From Octopus sinensis (taxonomy: Eukaryota): 64,000 nucleotides of DNA. Below are positions 14,713-29,075 of the stretch, one piece after another (the first letter of the stretch is position 1; each line of letters opens with the position of its first letter). The DNA lies in contig NC_043005.1 in the NCBI RefSeq assembly GCF_006345805.1, positions 36,766,001 to 36,830,000 of the forward strand, in the 5' to 3' direction. A model generated the notes under the pieces. The model did no database searches. It was not told the DNA's origin and saw only the letters and a list, made by a program, of their open reading frames with translations. Position numbers and translations under genes: made by a program.

Positions 14713-15270
14713 AGGACGTGGAACAAATATAGTATTACTGGAGTTGATGTAATCGTCCTAAACTTCTTCTTAAAATTGTTGGCCTGTGCCAAATTAGAAA
14801 TAATTTATATGTATACACACACACACACTCATACCACACATATCACACACCACACACACACACACTCTCTCTCTCTCTCTCTCTCTTTCACTATCCTTCG
14901 CTCTGTTTCTGTTACACATGCCAACCTTCTTCAACAGTGAGTTTGCAAATCGGCTAGTGAGAATGCTGCAAACACTTTTACACACATATATAAACGCACG
15001 CAACTCCACAAACATTCATACATTAGGAATTGGGGTTACCCATATTCTCCCCCAACACAGAGGAGTGCACTTCACACACGAACAGACACACGCCAACACA
15101 CAGCGACAAACCACAGTTTATATCTCAAATACATCAGATTTATATTCACAATTTAAAATTTTACAAGTTGTTATTCAGATCCTGATTGTTTAAAACCATC
15201 ATGTTTATTGCCCACTACCACAATAATAATAATAATAATAATAACAATAATAATAATAATAATAACAATA

Positions 15271-15322
<52 letters not shown>

Positions 15323-15639
15323 CAACAGAAATTTGCTGTTTCATTTCACCAGAGAATCACGAACATGATCATGGATGATATTAAAAGCATAATCAAGCAA
15401 AGCAAAATAAGAAAACAAAACAGTTTATACGGCAATTTAATTTGAAGCTTGGAATTGTGAATAAATTTAAATTAGGGAGGCAATTATTTTGTGAAATTCA
15501 TTGAACTTTATTATCATTCTAGTAGAGGAATTAAAATATTTCACTGAGACAAAATCATATTTTATGGCAACTACCCACGCCATTACATATATTTGTGTGT
15601 GAGCGCACGCACGTATGCATGTGAGCATTGTGTGTAAAG

Positions 15640-15675
<36 letters not shown>

Positions 15676-15780
15676 ACATGTATGTATATAAGCATGCAAG
15701 CATGTATGTATTTATGTATGTGTATATATGATATATATAATATATTATATATATGAGCGTGTGAGTGCATGTGTGCGTGC

Positions 15781-15924
15781 GAGCGTGTGTGCGTGCGAGC
15801 ATGTGTGCGTGCGAGCGTGTGTGCGTGCGAGCGTGTGTGCGTGCGAGCGTGTGTGCGTGCGAGCGTGTGTGCGTGCGAGCGTGTGTGCGTGCGAGCGTGT
15901 GTGCGTGCGAGCGTGTGTGCGTGC
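15781..15924. repeat. 16-bp minisatellite (GAGCGTGTGTGCGTGC)x9
   Basis: Nine units counted directly, one with a G>A variant. Confidence 0.9.
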
Positions 15925-16643
15925 GTGTGTGTGTGTAGACAATGAAAGGGTCAGAAAATAAGCATGCGTAGAAAATATATAATATACATATATGTATACA
16001 CACATACACACACGCACACACACACAAATCTATACATACAATATACAAACTTCATATAAATGTATATATATATACTAATTTATATATGCATAACTATATA
16101 TATAGTAGTCAGTGGAATTTTGTGTGTGTAAATGTGTGTATATATGTCTGTATGTATGTATGTATTTATGTATGTATGTATGTGTGTGTGTATATATATA
16201 CCAAGGCATAGAGGATTGTATCAAAATCAGTGCAAAGGTGGGAAGATATTTCAATTAACTAAGTTAATTAAAATTGCCTAAATTGGTAGAGCAACCTCTC
16301 CGTTCTTGAATAGAAGCAAATAATGGATTAGAAGCAGAAGCAAGGTGCCGTCATTGTGCTTTAGATTAAAGAGCGTTGCCAGTTATCTTAAATTCAGTTA
16401 TCTTAAATGCTGATGAGTTTTCACAGGAATGAAATCACTGACAAGATCATTGGACACAGACAATTAAAGAAATTATGTACACATTTTGAGAGAGAGAGAG
16501 AAGTGGAGACAGAGATGGACGTAACAAATGTGGCAAACGTATTTGTGTATTTCTCTGTGTGACTGAATGTATTTTACCCCGCCTGCAATTCAAATTAAGT
16601 CTATATGATATAAATTTTTGTCTCTTTCTGATACACTATATGT

Positions 16644-16858
16644 TCTCTTCTACTCTAAGCACAAGGCTCGAAATTTTGGGGGAGGGGGCCAGTCAATTAT
16701 ATTAACCCCAGTACGTAACTGGTGCTTAATTTATCGATCCCGAAAGGATGAAAGGCAAAGTAGACCTCGGCGGAATTTGAACTCAGAATGTAAAGACAGA
16801 CGAAATACTGCTAAGCATTTCGCCCAGCGTGCTAGCGTTTCTGTCAGCTCGCTACCTT
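16644..16858 (-). mobile_element. SINE family B
   Basis: Same conserved central box and tRNA-like head (minus strand gagctgacagaaacgctagcacgctgggcgaaatgc...gagttcaaattcc). Confidence 0.88.
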
Positions 16859-16959
16859 TGATACGCTATATATTAGAGCAGAATTAGCATTTTAACAAAT
16901 CTATCTATCTATCTATCTATCTATTCTATCTATCTATCTATCTATCTATCTATCATCTA

Positions 16960-17000
<41 letters not shown>

Positions 17001-17679
17001 AAATAAATAAATAAACTATACATTTATACAGCGTAGCGCAAACAATTACATAAAGTGGCTGTTCACGTGTATACATGTCTAAATGCATATGTGGGCATGT
17101 ATCTGTGTGTGTATGGGTCTGTAACCATCCTAATCATTCTTAGCCCAATGCTATGTATTTTCACAAGCAAAGTCTTTTAAGGAGGATTTCCACATTTGTC
17201 TCCTGTCTCCATGAACGTGTTAAATATGACGGCACTCAGCTTTATTCTAATCACCAATGCTTTGTATACTGTTAATTACCTAGGTCTTCGTTATCCAGTC
17301 TGTCTTGATTTTGTTTATAGACGCTATAGTTTAATTGGAGGAAGACCTAATTCCTATTTCTAGCATATTATGCAGCCACACAGTCTCCTTGGATGACTTC
17401 TTCTACTTGGTATTGTTACATAGCCCCAGAAATGTTCTGATTGAGTGAACCTGTGGTCAAAGGCAAGCCAACCGTGGCTAACTTTGGTTTCTCTTGCCCA
17501 ATATAAAGATAGCCACATACGCGCGCGAACTCACACATGTGCGACCATCGAGCATTGTGGATAATAATAAAGTTTGCTTTGAACTATATTCTACTTGCTA
17601 AAACTTTGCGACTGAATGCCATATTGTAATGCCAAACATAATGCAGGACAGAAATGAATTCAATGATACAACACTTCTG

Positions 17680-17975
17680 AAGGCGCGTAGCCTATTCGCT
17701 AAGGCATTCCGCTAATGATCACCAGGGTTCAATTCATGGGCCAGGCACTGTGGTACGCCCTTGAACAACGCACGGTGCTTCCTGTTGTTACACTCTACTC
17801 CACTGAAAATAAAGTGGTGGCCAATAACGAGCGAAGTTCTCTGTCACATCCTGGATGTGCTGCCGGTATATATGTGAGGAGGCTCAGGAGGTGCCTCGGT
17901 CTGTTCGTGACTATACTAAGCACCTCGAAAGCGAAAGTGTGATACAACAACTTAGTCATACTAGACGGTGAATAA
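17680..17975 (+). mobile_element. Old tRNA-derived SINE-like element
   Basis: A-box-like gcgtagcctattcgctaagg, B-box-like gggttcaattc, CORE-like cccttgaacaa; highly diverged. Confidence 0.4.
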
Positions 17976-18796
17976 TAGCTGGATACAATACAACAAATCA
18001 ACTTTTGTGGAAATAACATAGATTTCTAATATTGATCTTTAACAAAGGTACAAAAGGTATAACAATTTGGATAATAGTGACGTATAACCTATTAGTTCAG
18101 TACTAGAAGTACTTTTTACCGAAATAAAATGTAATTCAAAATCGATCAAGATGGGATTTGAACTCAAAACTTAATGAACCGTTATCAAATGCGGCAAAAA
18201 ATCTTTGGTCCATCTTTCTAAAGATGCTACCAATCTACCATTCTCAGGATATTAAAATAAAATACATCAGATTGCGAGGAAAATGTGCTATAGGATGTTT
18301 TTGTTGTTTAATTCGTATTTGGGTGCATGCGTAGAAAATATTTATCTGCAGATTAAGGTCGGTGTTTCCGCATCACCCGAAGCCTCCTAGCGTCTTTCGA
18401 ATCGGAATTAGATAAAACCAATAAGAATAGAATATAAAGATATCAAGGAAATGCTTAAAACCCAAATGTCTATCATTCAAACAGGAATAAGAGGTAAAAA
18501 GAGGGACACGAAGTGGTGTTGGGGGCGGGAGAGCAAAAGATATTGAAAAATATATTAAAATGGAGAAGGAATGTGTATGAAAAAGAGAGTGAAAATAAAT
18601 GTGCATGGAACTAGATAAAGAATGACAGTGAAGGATAGTATGAGAGATATTGCGAAAGGGATTTATTGTAAGACACGTGCACACGTGACACACAAAGACA
18701 GAGAAAATGAGACTGGTTTACAACCTGAAAAGGAAACATACATACATCGATCGATCCATCCATCCATATGTATGTGTATGTGTGTATATATGTACG

Positions 18797-18849
<53 letters not shown>

Positions 18850-19164
18850 CAACAATACATAAATATAAATTTAGATGCATACATACACACACATACATAT
18901 CTCTATATAAATACAAACACCCACACTGACACACATATATATATATATTTATGTATTCATGAAGTGTGATTTTCAGTTGCCTGACATAGACATATAAGCG
19001 TTATTTAGAACTCTGTGTGCATCCTTATTCATCGAAAGGGAAAACTGAGAAGAGAACTCACATATTATATTCTCACTTTCCTTTCATTGGTTTTCATCCC
19101 TGAAAAGATTACAGTGCACACACAGGAAAAACAAAAAAATGTTGACGATGCAGCAACACTAGTT

Positions 19165-19211
<47 letters not shown>

Positions 19212-20223
19212 CTCTGTTTCTCTCTGTGTCTGTTTCTCTCTTACTCGCTCTCTATTTTTATGCATACAATCATACACACACATATGCATACGCGTGCTCG
19301 AGCAGTCCTCTAGATGGTCATTAACATAAAGGGAGTTATCTCCCCACAATGTGAGTTGGGATTAGAAATTTGAATTTGGTATCGAAGAATAAGAAAAGAT
19401 GCGAATAGTTCGCATATATAAATAACTGTATAAATATATATAGCAAAATTGGTTTTTGTCTTTTTATTGTATTTCTGTTTATTGGTAATCATATATAGTA
19501 CTACAACATCCTTTTGCGGAATTTTGAGCCTGGCTCTATACACACACACACCCAAACAAGGCAGACAAGGTGTGTATGCATCTTTGAGCTTACTTCAAAC
19601 GATTAACTTCATTACAGAATACGCCTTGTATTATATAAACTTAATCTTGAACTCTGAAAATGTAGCACCATTTCCAGAACAGATTCAAAACTATAAACAA
19701 CATCCGCTGCTTTCCATCTCTGCTACTATTAGAACTGCTAATTCTACTACAGCTACTCCTGATGCTCTTGTGGAATGATCGAGTAACAATTGAAATAATA
19801 TCTTAATTGTAGCATATCTTTAATTGGAGCATGTTAAGAGTACAATAACTTTGCTTCTTATTAAACATGGCGTGAAGTAATTCAATGTGATCGATGATCC
19901 ACTTGTGGCGAAGGAAATGTCCGAAACGCTTTTGCGATTCATCTACCATTTTATCACTTCCATCAACGAGAACAATTGTTATCTTTATTTCATAGTTTAT
20001 TGTTGTGCTATACTTTTTTCTCTTCTCTGTTTATTTGCTTTGTTTATTTTTATTGTTGATCTGACTGTACTTGACTGTTCAGTTTATGCAGCATTTTCTC
20101 AATATGATTCCTAACAATCTCTCCACTTTCATTTGTGTAAAATATACCTATGCATAAATCTATCTATCTATCTGTCTGTCTATCTATCTGTCTGTCTGTC
20201 AGACTGTCAGTCTGGTTATCTGG

Positions 20224-20261
<38 letters not shown>

Positions 20262-20278
20262 TTCTATCAATCTATATG

Positions 20279-20322
<44 letters not shown>

Positions 20323-20341
20323 ACTATCCATCTATCTATCC

Positions 20342-20431
<90 letters not shown>

Positions 20432-20673
20432 ACTGCTGCCTAAATAAATTATTTATATCTAGATATACATGTGTGTGCGCCGTACATGTATGTGTGTGTA
20501 TGTGAAGAGTAGATAGAGAGCCGATAACTGATGAAGGGTCCTTTCTCTGTACTTACTTGTCCTGTTTCTCCATCTTTTCTCGTTGTTTATGTATTTAACT
20601 CGTTTGTTTACGTACTTCATGTTATTCGCCTCCCAGATATGTATGTATGTACATATATATATATATATATATA

Positions 20674-20794
20674 CATTGGTCTGCTCGCTTAGCCTGCGGA
20701 GTGGCGTCATTTGAAGGCTAAAACAGTGCGAATCGTATTGTGACCAGCGATGTGTAGCAACATCTGATGGCCTGGTCGGTCACGGTGACGGTGA
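20674..20794 (+). mobile_element. ~120-bp GC-richer insert in (TA)n, probable retroelement 3' end
   Basis: Sharp compositional island between TA runs; hairpin tgacc...gatgt/acatc...ggtca; short (cggtga)2 tail. Confidence 0.4.
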
Positions 20795-21313
20795 TATATA
20801 TATTTATATATATACGTCCTGTACCCGTATATGCATGTATATATATCTTATCTACTATCTATTATTCAACTGAACGCCAAGCATCCATTCTCTCTCTCCT
20901 ATCTTTTCTCTTTTCGAAAAGATGTTTCTCACAGCATTCATTATTTTCCTCTCGTTCTGGACTATCGACCTTCCATGTCTGTTTTCATTTCGTTTCTTTT
21001 ATTTCTCCACTGTCATGTTTTTAGAATTTATGAGAGAAACTGTCCTCGAAGACTCATTTTGTCGTTGAATGGTCAAAAATGAATCTATCTGTCTGCCTCT
21101 CTGTCTATCTATTGATACTGTTGCATAAATAACTTATTTATATATAGATATACATGTGTGTGTATGTAAGTGGGAGTGTGTGTGCATGTGTGAGAGGATT
21201 AGATAGACAGCCGACTATTGATGAAGGGTTCTTTCTCTGTGTTTACTTGTCCTGTTTTCCTTTTTTTCTCGTTTGTTTACGTATTTCATGTCGTTTGCAC
21301 TGTTGGTGACGTC

Positions 21314-21348
<35 letters not shown>

Positions 21349-21349
<1 letters not shown>

Positions 21350-21555
21350 CGGGAAGCTTTATGAAAATAAGCAAAAGACGAAGGCAGGTGGAATACAACC
21401 AAACAATTGTATTAGTATGGCGCTCAGGAATATAAATAAAACAAGTCCTTTACGTTTCGAGCCTACGCTCTTCAACAGAAAGATACACAGAAAAGAAACA
21501 CGGAGAGAAACAAGGAGAGAAACAAAATGCGTGCAGAAGCTAGCGAATCAACATT
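21349..21555 (-). mobile_element. Short Penelope-type terminal-repeat element in (TA)n carrying a hammerhead-like motif
   Basis: Hammerhead-like fold at 21446-21483; shares tatt...cgctcagg and overall layout with 27528-27745. Confidence 0.6.
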
Positions 21556-21597
21556 ATATATATTATTTACTATTTATTATTTAATTGAACGGCAAAC

Positions 21598-22018
21598 ACC
21601 TGTGAGGTTAAAGGTAACTGCAAATGAAAAATGTTGTATATAAAGTATATATATAGCCACTATTACTATCAGGATCTCTCTAGGTTCCATGATATAGGTT
21701 GCACATAGACCCCTTTTAAATTACGTTTGAATAATCATAAATCATATTTTAATGATTCACGGAAAGAAAATAGTACTACTTTATCCAAAAAGGTATGGCA
21801 ATTTAAAAGAGATAACATATAAAAGAGATAAGTTTTCAATTTCTTGGAATATTGTTTCTTCTGCCCCTTCTTATAGGCTTAGAAATAGAACTTGTCCGCT
21901 TTGCCTAGAGGAGTCTTATATAATTATGAAAATGAACGGTTCTATCTTAAATTCGAGAGATGAAAGAGTTTTTTCTTGTAAGCATGTGTCCAAATTCCTC
22001 TTCATTAACCTTAAATAG
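21598..22018 (+). mobile_element. Penelope-like element GIY-YIG endonuclease remnant (frameshifted)
   Basis: Across frames: CEVKGNC..KNVVYK...IGCT..FKLRLNNHKSYF...NSTTLSK...ISWNIVSSAPSY...CPLCLEESYII...LNSRDE..SCKH. Confidence 0.8.
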
Positions 22019-22139
22019 TTTTATTGATTACCTCCTCCCATTTTTATTCTTAGATTTTTAGTGTATGTTTATCTTCTCGGTGTGTGCATGCATGTATGTG
22101 TGCCGGTGTGACTATGTTTATGCAATTGTGTTCTTGGTT

Positions 22140-22190
<51 letters not shown>

Positions 22191-23558
22191 CTATATACAA
22201 GTATATATATATATGTATATGTGTGTATGCGTTTGTGTATATATATATGTGTATATGTATATAGAAATGTATATGTATATATATACGTTTTTGTTGTGAA
22301 TGCGTGCTCCTTTATTATTTTTATTTCTTTGTATCCATCCCTTATACACGCACCCTTATGTATGTGTGTGAGTATGTGTACGTGTGTGTTATATGTAGTG
22401 TATGTGCTGTGTATGCATGTGCCTATGTTTGAATGTATATTTCTATGTCTTATGTGTATATGGCTCTTTTCTCTCTCTATTGTGAATTAATATATATTTT
22501 TTCTCCTTCATACATTCGTCTTTGTTTCTTATCATTTTCGGGTTTTTTCAATTGCCTCCCCTACCACTGGCAAGTTTTTTGAGTGGAGAAATTCTGCTGA
22601 ACACACCGGCCTACTCTGTCTTTGATCGCAGTCTCTCTTTGAAGAAAACTCTTTCAATTTGTTTTTTTGTTTTTGTCCCTGCTTTCATTTTCAAACATGG
22701 TCTTGTTCATCAGCTTTAAGCTTCTGCTAAATAATATATTTACTTGTCTTTCAATAATATTATTATTTATACGTATAACCCTGTATGGCTTTCTTATGCT
22801 AGTGAAGTTGTTATATTGTACTCTAATAAGCACGTGTGGCCTTATTTACACTGTATTTCGTCTAGAACGGTGTCTATTATTGTTATTTTTTAAACACATC
22901 CGTCAGATTATTATCGTTGATATTATTTTTCCCGTTCACGACTTGGTTTGTAAATTACTCGATTTCTTTTATTGCCCCATCTGTATTCTCTTATTGTATC
23001 TTATTTTATTTTTATTTTATTTTTATCTAATTTTACTTCATCGTATTAAACTTTTTTTTATGTCCTTGGAAAGATTCCTCATTGATGAGAATGACAATGC
23101 ATAAATTAAATTTTAAATTTTATTTTTATTTTTATTCTTAATTTTAAATTTTTTTATTTTCAGTTATGATTATAATCACTATGATTAATTTTTTTTCCTT
23201 ACATTTTTGCATTGTTTTTCGAAACGAATGTATGCATTAAATCCAGCTTTATAATAAATCTATTTCTGTTTCAACATCTTTTCTTCATTTTTTATACTTC
23301 TTTATGGTATATTCTTATACCTATAACGAATCTCTCCCAACATATATATATATATATGGGGGGGGGGTATGAGTGGGTGTTTGCGTTTTTTGAGTATACA
23401 TATATATGTGTTATATATATACTCACACACGCTCATATGTGTGTGCGCATGTGCAACCAAGTCCTTTTCAAGTTGTAAACAGCTTCACCCCTTCACTCTT
23501 TGTTTTCTGTTCCCTTGACTTACTTTTCACTGTCTTTTTTTTTCATGTTTAAAGCGCC

Positions 23559-23600
<42 letters not shown>

Positions 23601-24316
23601 TATATATATATAATATATTTCCTTAATTTTTCAATGAAAAACTTATTCTTTTAAGATAATGATTGCTTCTGGCACATTTTCAACTGGAGCTAAGTGTGTA
23701 TAAATAATTCAAGCAGTGGGAAAAAAAATTCTTTGTTGTGAGGAGCAAGAGGAATCTAACGTTTCGGTAGAACACTTCATGCGAGATAAAATAAATGTCG
23801 ACTAGTGTTGAGGAATAAATAGTCTAGTGTTAATGTGTGGGTGAATGGAGAAGGGAGAAGAGCAGGATGTGGTAGTGACTGATAAAGGAAGAAGGGAGTA
23901 CAGCAACAGGAGATAGATAAATGAAGCTTCCGCAGATATGAAAAACACACAAAATGTTGATGGGTGAGGAGGTGATGACGGTCGAATGTTACAGTGACAT
24001 AAATACATGTGCACACAGAAACACACATGCAACCACGCAACATGGGTGCACGCATATATATTTAACAAGAAAGTAAATAGAAGAAAATTATTTGAGAACT
24101 TATCATGAATAAAAGAGAGTATTTACATTTCTTGAATATATGCTACAGGTTTCGTTCACTCTAAAACACTACTTAGTCATGCTGCAACAGAAGGGAAAAT
24201 ATATATGAATGCAAGTGGAGTGTGGTGGTGTGTGTGTGTGTGTATTTGTGTGTGTTTGTGTGTGTGTGTATATGTGGTGTGTGTGTGGTGTGTGTGTGTG
24301 TGTATTTGTGTGTGTT

Positions 24317-24369
<53 letters not shown>

Positions 24370-25809
24370 CTGCGTGTATGTGTGGTGTGATGTTTGTGAG
24401 TGTGTGTGTGTGTGGACAAGACATTCAAATTTTATAGATCTGCCATAGAGATATAAAAGGCTCACAGCTAAACACAGTACTAAAATGCATGTACACAGAC
24501 AATACACACATATTACAAACAAAATTCAAACCTGGTGATAATGTAATATATCTAGCATCTTAAGATCCCTGGTAAAAGTCTACACGATTGGTATTGGGAA
24601 GCTATAAAAGAGGCAGTTATACAAGTCAATATTTCATATTGGGAATACGAGGCTGTCAAATACAAGATACAGTGATGAATTATCTTAGTTTATTGCCCCA
24701 AAAATATTTAAAAACTATAAGGGTTTCGTAGGGCGAAATAAAAGGAAATGTACTTAAAAAGATAAAACTTGCACTTATTCATGTTTTACATAAATGTATG
24801 TGTGTATAAATTTGCATATATATATGTCAATGAGAATGGATATACATGTATATATATTTATATGCATATATGTTTATAAGCAAATATATGTGGGTATACA
24901 CACATACACACACATGTATATATATATATGTACACACACACACACACAGAGAAAGAGTGGTGCGCTTCTATACCGTATTGAAGAGTGAAGCTTTGATTTT
25001 GATTTTGATCAAATGCATTCATGTGTCAATCAATTTTCACTGATCATAGTTACTGTTACAGCTTTTCCGAAGGCAAATCTATCGGCGTCAATAGTAACAA
25101 CGACGAAGTAGTTTGATGGTTATAGACTACAGAAGTATTGTCGAAGTGATCTTTGTTGATGATATAGTCGTCATCATCTTCACAGTCGTCGTTGTAGTTG
25201 TTCTCCAACTGTTGTGATACCTATTTGATCATCACCTTTAGCCTTTATATCTCAACTATAGAGCGTAACGCTGCAATTAATATTAGTGACATACACTATA
25301 TATCACAATCGTTACTGGAGACATCTCTGTACGAATGTTTTATTCACAAATGTTCGCGAATACGCATGTAGCATTATAGTGAGTGCTACGCACGTGCGTG
25401 CGTGTATGTGTGTGTGCATGTGTGTGTGTGTGCGTGTGTGTGCGTGTGTGTGTGTATGTGTGTTTGTGTGTGTATTTCTGTGTGTATGACAGTGTATTTG
25501 ACTCACCAGCGAAAACTGACAATATTTCAACGCTTTGTTGATCACAATGAAAATGCGTAGCACCTTGTAGTATCTACTTACAGCTGGGTAGACTGGGGCG
25601 TAATAAATGGTCTACAAGCTGACACTGAAGCCTCGGTGGACAGCACAGCTATTATCGATTCTTCGATTGGTAGTTCGCCGCAATGCTGCTTATATCGACA
25701 CACAAGCACACACATGATCGCGTATCTCTGTTTTTATACAATATATATGTGTTATATATAAAATAGACACACGCGAGCATGTGTGTGTTTGTACACACAC
25801 ACACATATA

Positions 25810-25862
<53 letters not shown>

Positions 25863-26011
25863 CATTACATATATATATGTACCTAAATTCATATTGCATA
25901 TATATACATTTATATATATACATATATAGTTTATATATATATATATAGTTCATATATAGTTTATTAAATATATATGTACCTAATTCATTGCATATATATA
26001 TATTTATTTAT

Positions 26012-26043
<32 letters not shown>

Positions 26044-26378
26044 CTTTGTGTTGTGTACCTGCATGTTATCATTTTCACTCCAACGTTACTTTACTTCATG
26101 CACCAGTTCTTTTGAAAACACCAAAACACCAAGCGAAACTTGGTGTCATATTTATTTTGATGTTTAGTACAAGTGAGCAACTGGAAAACTGGAATACATC
26201 TGAGGTATAGCATTCATTTTCCACGTTTTGCCTTTGTTGATATAACTGGCTTCTTGAAAACGATGTTTTCTTTCTCTCTCACAGGTGCATGCACTCTCTG
26301 TGCACTTGTACATATACACACACACACAAATACACATGCACATATGTTCGAGATTCTTCTATGTGTGTGTAAGTGTAA

Positions 26379-26436
<58 letters not shown>

Positions 26437-26590
26437 GTGTGTGTGTATGTGTTGTGTGTGTGTGTGGTGTGTGCGAGTATGTGCATGTGTATGTAGTGTT
26501 TAGTGGGATATCTTTGAATGCACGCAAACACGCGTGCGCATATATCTATAGTTTAATACGAGTGTATGTGAGTATACACACACACATATA

Positions 26591-26635
<45 letters not shown>

Positions 26636-26639
<4 letters not shown>

Positions 26640-27054
26640 TGCGTGGTAAGAAGCTTGCTTTCCAACCAAATGGTTCCAGGTTCAGTCCCATCGCGTGGCA
26701 CCTTGGGCAAGTGTCTTCTGCTACAGCCTCAGGCTCGACCAAAGCCTTGTCAGTGGATTTGGTAGACGGAAAGTAAAAGAAGTCCGTCTTATACACACAC
26801 ACACACATACACACACACATATATATATGTATATATATATGAATGTGTGTATTTGTAAGTCTGTTTTGTCCCCTCCCCCAGCATTGCTTGACGACCGACG
26901 TTGATGTGTTTACGCCCCGTAACTTTTTGCAGTTCAGTAAAAGATTCCGATAGAATAAGTACTAGGCCTTATAAAGAGTAAGTCTTGAGGTCGATTTGTG
27001 CGACTAAAGGCGGTGCTCCAGCATGGGCACAGTCAAATAACTGAAATAAAAGAA
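26636..27054 (+). mobile_element. SINE family A
   Basis: Colinear with the 9172-9675 copy. Confidence 0.88.
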
Positions 27055-27527
27055 TATATATATATATATATACATGCGTGCACCCCCCCCCACACACACA
27101 CATATACATATATGTGTGTGTTCATATGATTGAAATGATTTATATGCACATGTGTTGTGTGCGTATATATATTGGTCTTACTCACACAAGCACACAAGCA
27201 TGATACATACGACACATACACAACACACACACACATACACACACATATTTGGATAAGAAAGAAGACGTGGAGCGTGAGTAGGAAAGAGTAGGAATGAGCG
27301 ACGTATTCTTTAGGTACATGGATTTTCTTTTTCTTTATATTACATGAAAACCTAGCTGTTGTAATATTTTAAACAGCTGGAAAAGGTGCGAATATAACAA
27401 GATTGCCAAATGATATGACGGTAATATAATAAATCTGAAAACTGAGATGATAGATTTATGAAACTACATTCAAGAGAGAATTAATTAACCGGGGAGTTTA
27501 CGTATATATATATATATATATATATAT

Positions 27528-27742
27528 AGTTAATCCAAACAAGAAAGCACAAAAAACACAACAACGCGAGGACGTGGAACAAATATAGTATTATTGGACG
27601 CTCAGGTAAGAAGGAAAGAAGGAGGATTTAACGTTTCGAGCGGAGCTCTTCGTCGGAAATATAGGAGAAGGAAAGATCCAGAGAAGGGAAGACAGAGGAA
27701 AGAAAAAATCGCCAACGGTACACACGAGGTCACATTTTGAAA

Positions 27743-27745
<3 letters not shown>
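27528..27745 (-). mobile_element. Short Penelope-type terminal-repeat element in (TA)n carrying a hammerhead-like motif
   Basis: Flanked on both sides by (TA)n; hammerhead-like fold at 27626-27660. Confidence 0.6.
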
Positions 27746-27787
<42 letters not shown>

Positions 27788-28549
27788 TGTATGTATGTAT
27801 GTATGTATGTATGTGTGTGTGTGTGTATATGTGTGTGTGTATGTGTGTATGTATGTATGTATGTAATAAACACAAATGGTGTTTAAAATTTACGGCAGCT
27901 GTTTCGGTAGAATTTCAAGCGCCATTTGTGTTTACTTGTTATACCTACTTCACATCAAGAACCCACACCTGAGAGGAATCTATGGTTTAAATTGGATTTG
28001 GTGCTTTGACATTTATGATATCGTTCTGTTTTACAACAAAATTTATGAATCATCAATAGTGTTTCGACGCAGTCTTTCGTCCATCTAAAGATAGTAGCGA
28101 AATTTCATTCAGATCTTACTCTATATTCCAGAAAATAGTATGTGCCCATTGATTAATGCAATCCTTGATACAAAACTGCAGGAAACTACAAAATCCCTTA
28201 TTTGATAAAAAGAAGAAAAAAAATAGGGTTACCGACTGAAAAACATCCGGCTTAAGAAAAAAATCATCTTAACAATGTTTATCCGTCCAACCAATGTTGA
28301 CATAGTAACACAGACGTAAAACAATATTTTTAACTGCTAATTAACACAATCAATAAAAGATATGAATTGGATTCTACCAACAGAACAAACAACAGCTTTT
28401 ATGTATAAACTCAATGGTATCAGTATTTAAATCTTGTAACGCAAAAGTCGTATGAACCGCCTTGGCCGGAACGTCGTTAAGAATCTGCTCGATAAAGGTT
28501 GACTGAACGCTAATGTGATGCTGTAAACTATTAAACCAAGGAAATGTGA

Positions 28550-28804
28550 CTTTGCTTTGTCTTTGTCTTTTACTTGTTTTAGTCATTCTACTGCGGCCAT
28601 GCTGGGGCACCTCCTTCGAGTGTTGTAAAGGAATAAATCAGCAATACATATTTTTGTTCTAAGTTTGGTACATATTCTATCGGTGTCTTGAGCCGAACTG
28701 CTAAGTTTCATAGGCGTGAACAAACCAACAGCGATTGCCAAACCGCAGGGTGACAGACGCAAACACGAATACACACATACATACACACACCACACACACA
28801 CACA

Positions 28805-28879
<75 letters not shown>

Positions 28880-29075
28880 ATATATATATACATATATACA
28901 CATATAGATTTATACATATATATACACAACGGCTTCTTTCACATTCCATCTACCAAATTCACCCACAAGGTATTGGTTGACCCAGGGCTACAGCAGAAAA
29001 CTCTTGTACCAGGTGCCACGTAGTGGAACTGAACCTGAAATTTTTTGGTTGGGAGCAAACTTCTCATCACACTGC
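28550..29075 (-). mobile_element. SINE family A, diverged
   Basis: Reverse-complement match to family A head, internal microsatellite and tail. Confidence 0.8.

Noticed and set aside
24225-24360. 60-bp periodicity in a (TG)n tract
   Set aside because: Ordinary slippage duplication inside a microsatellite.
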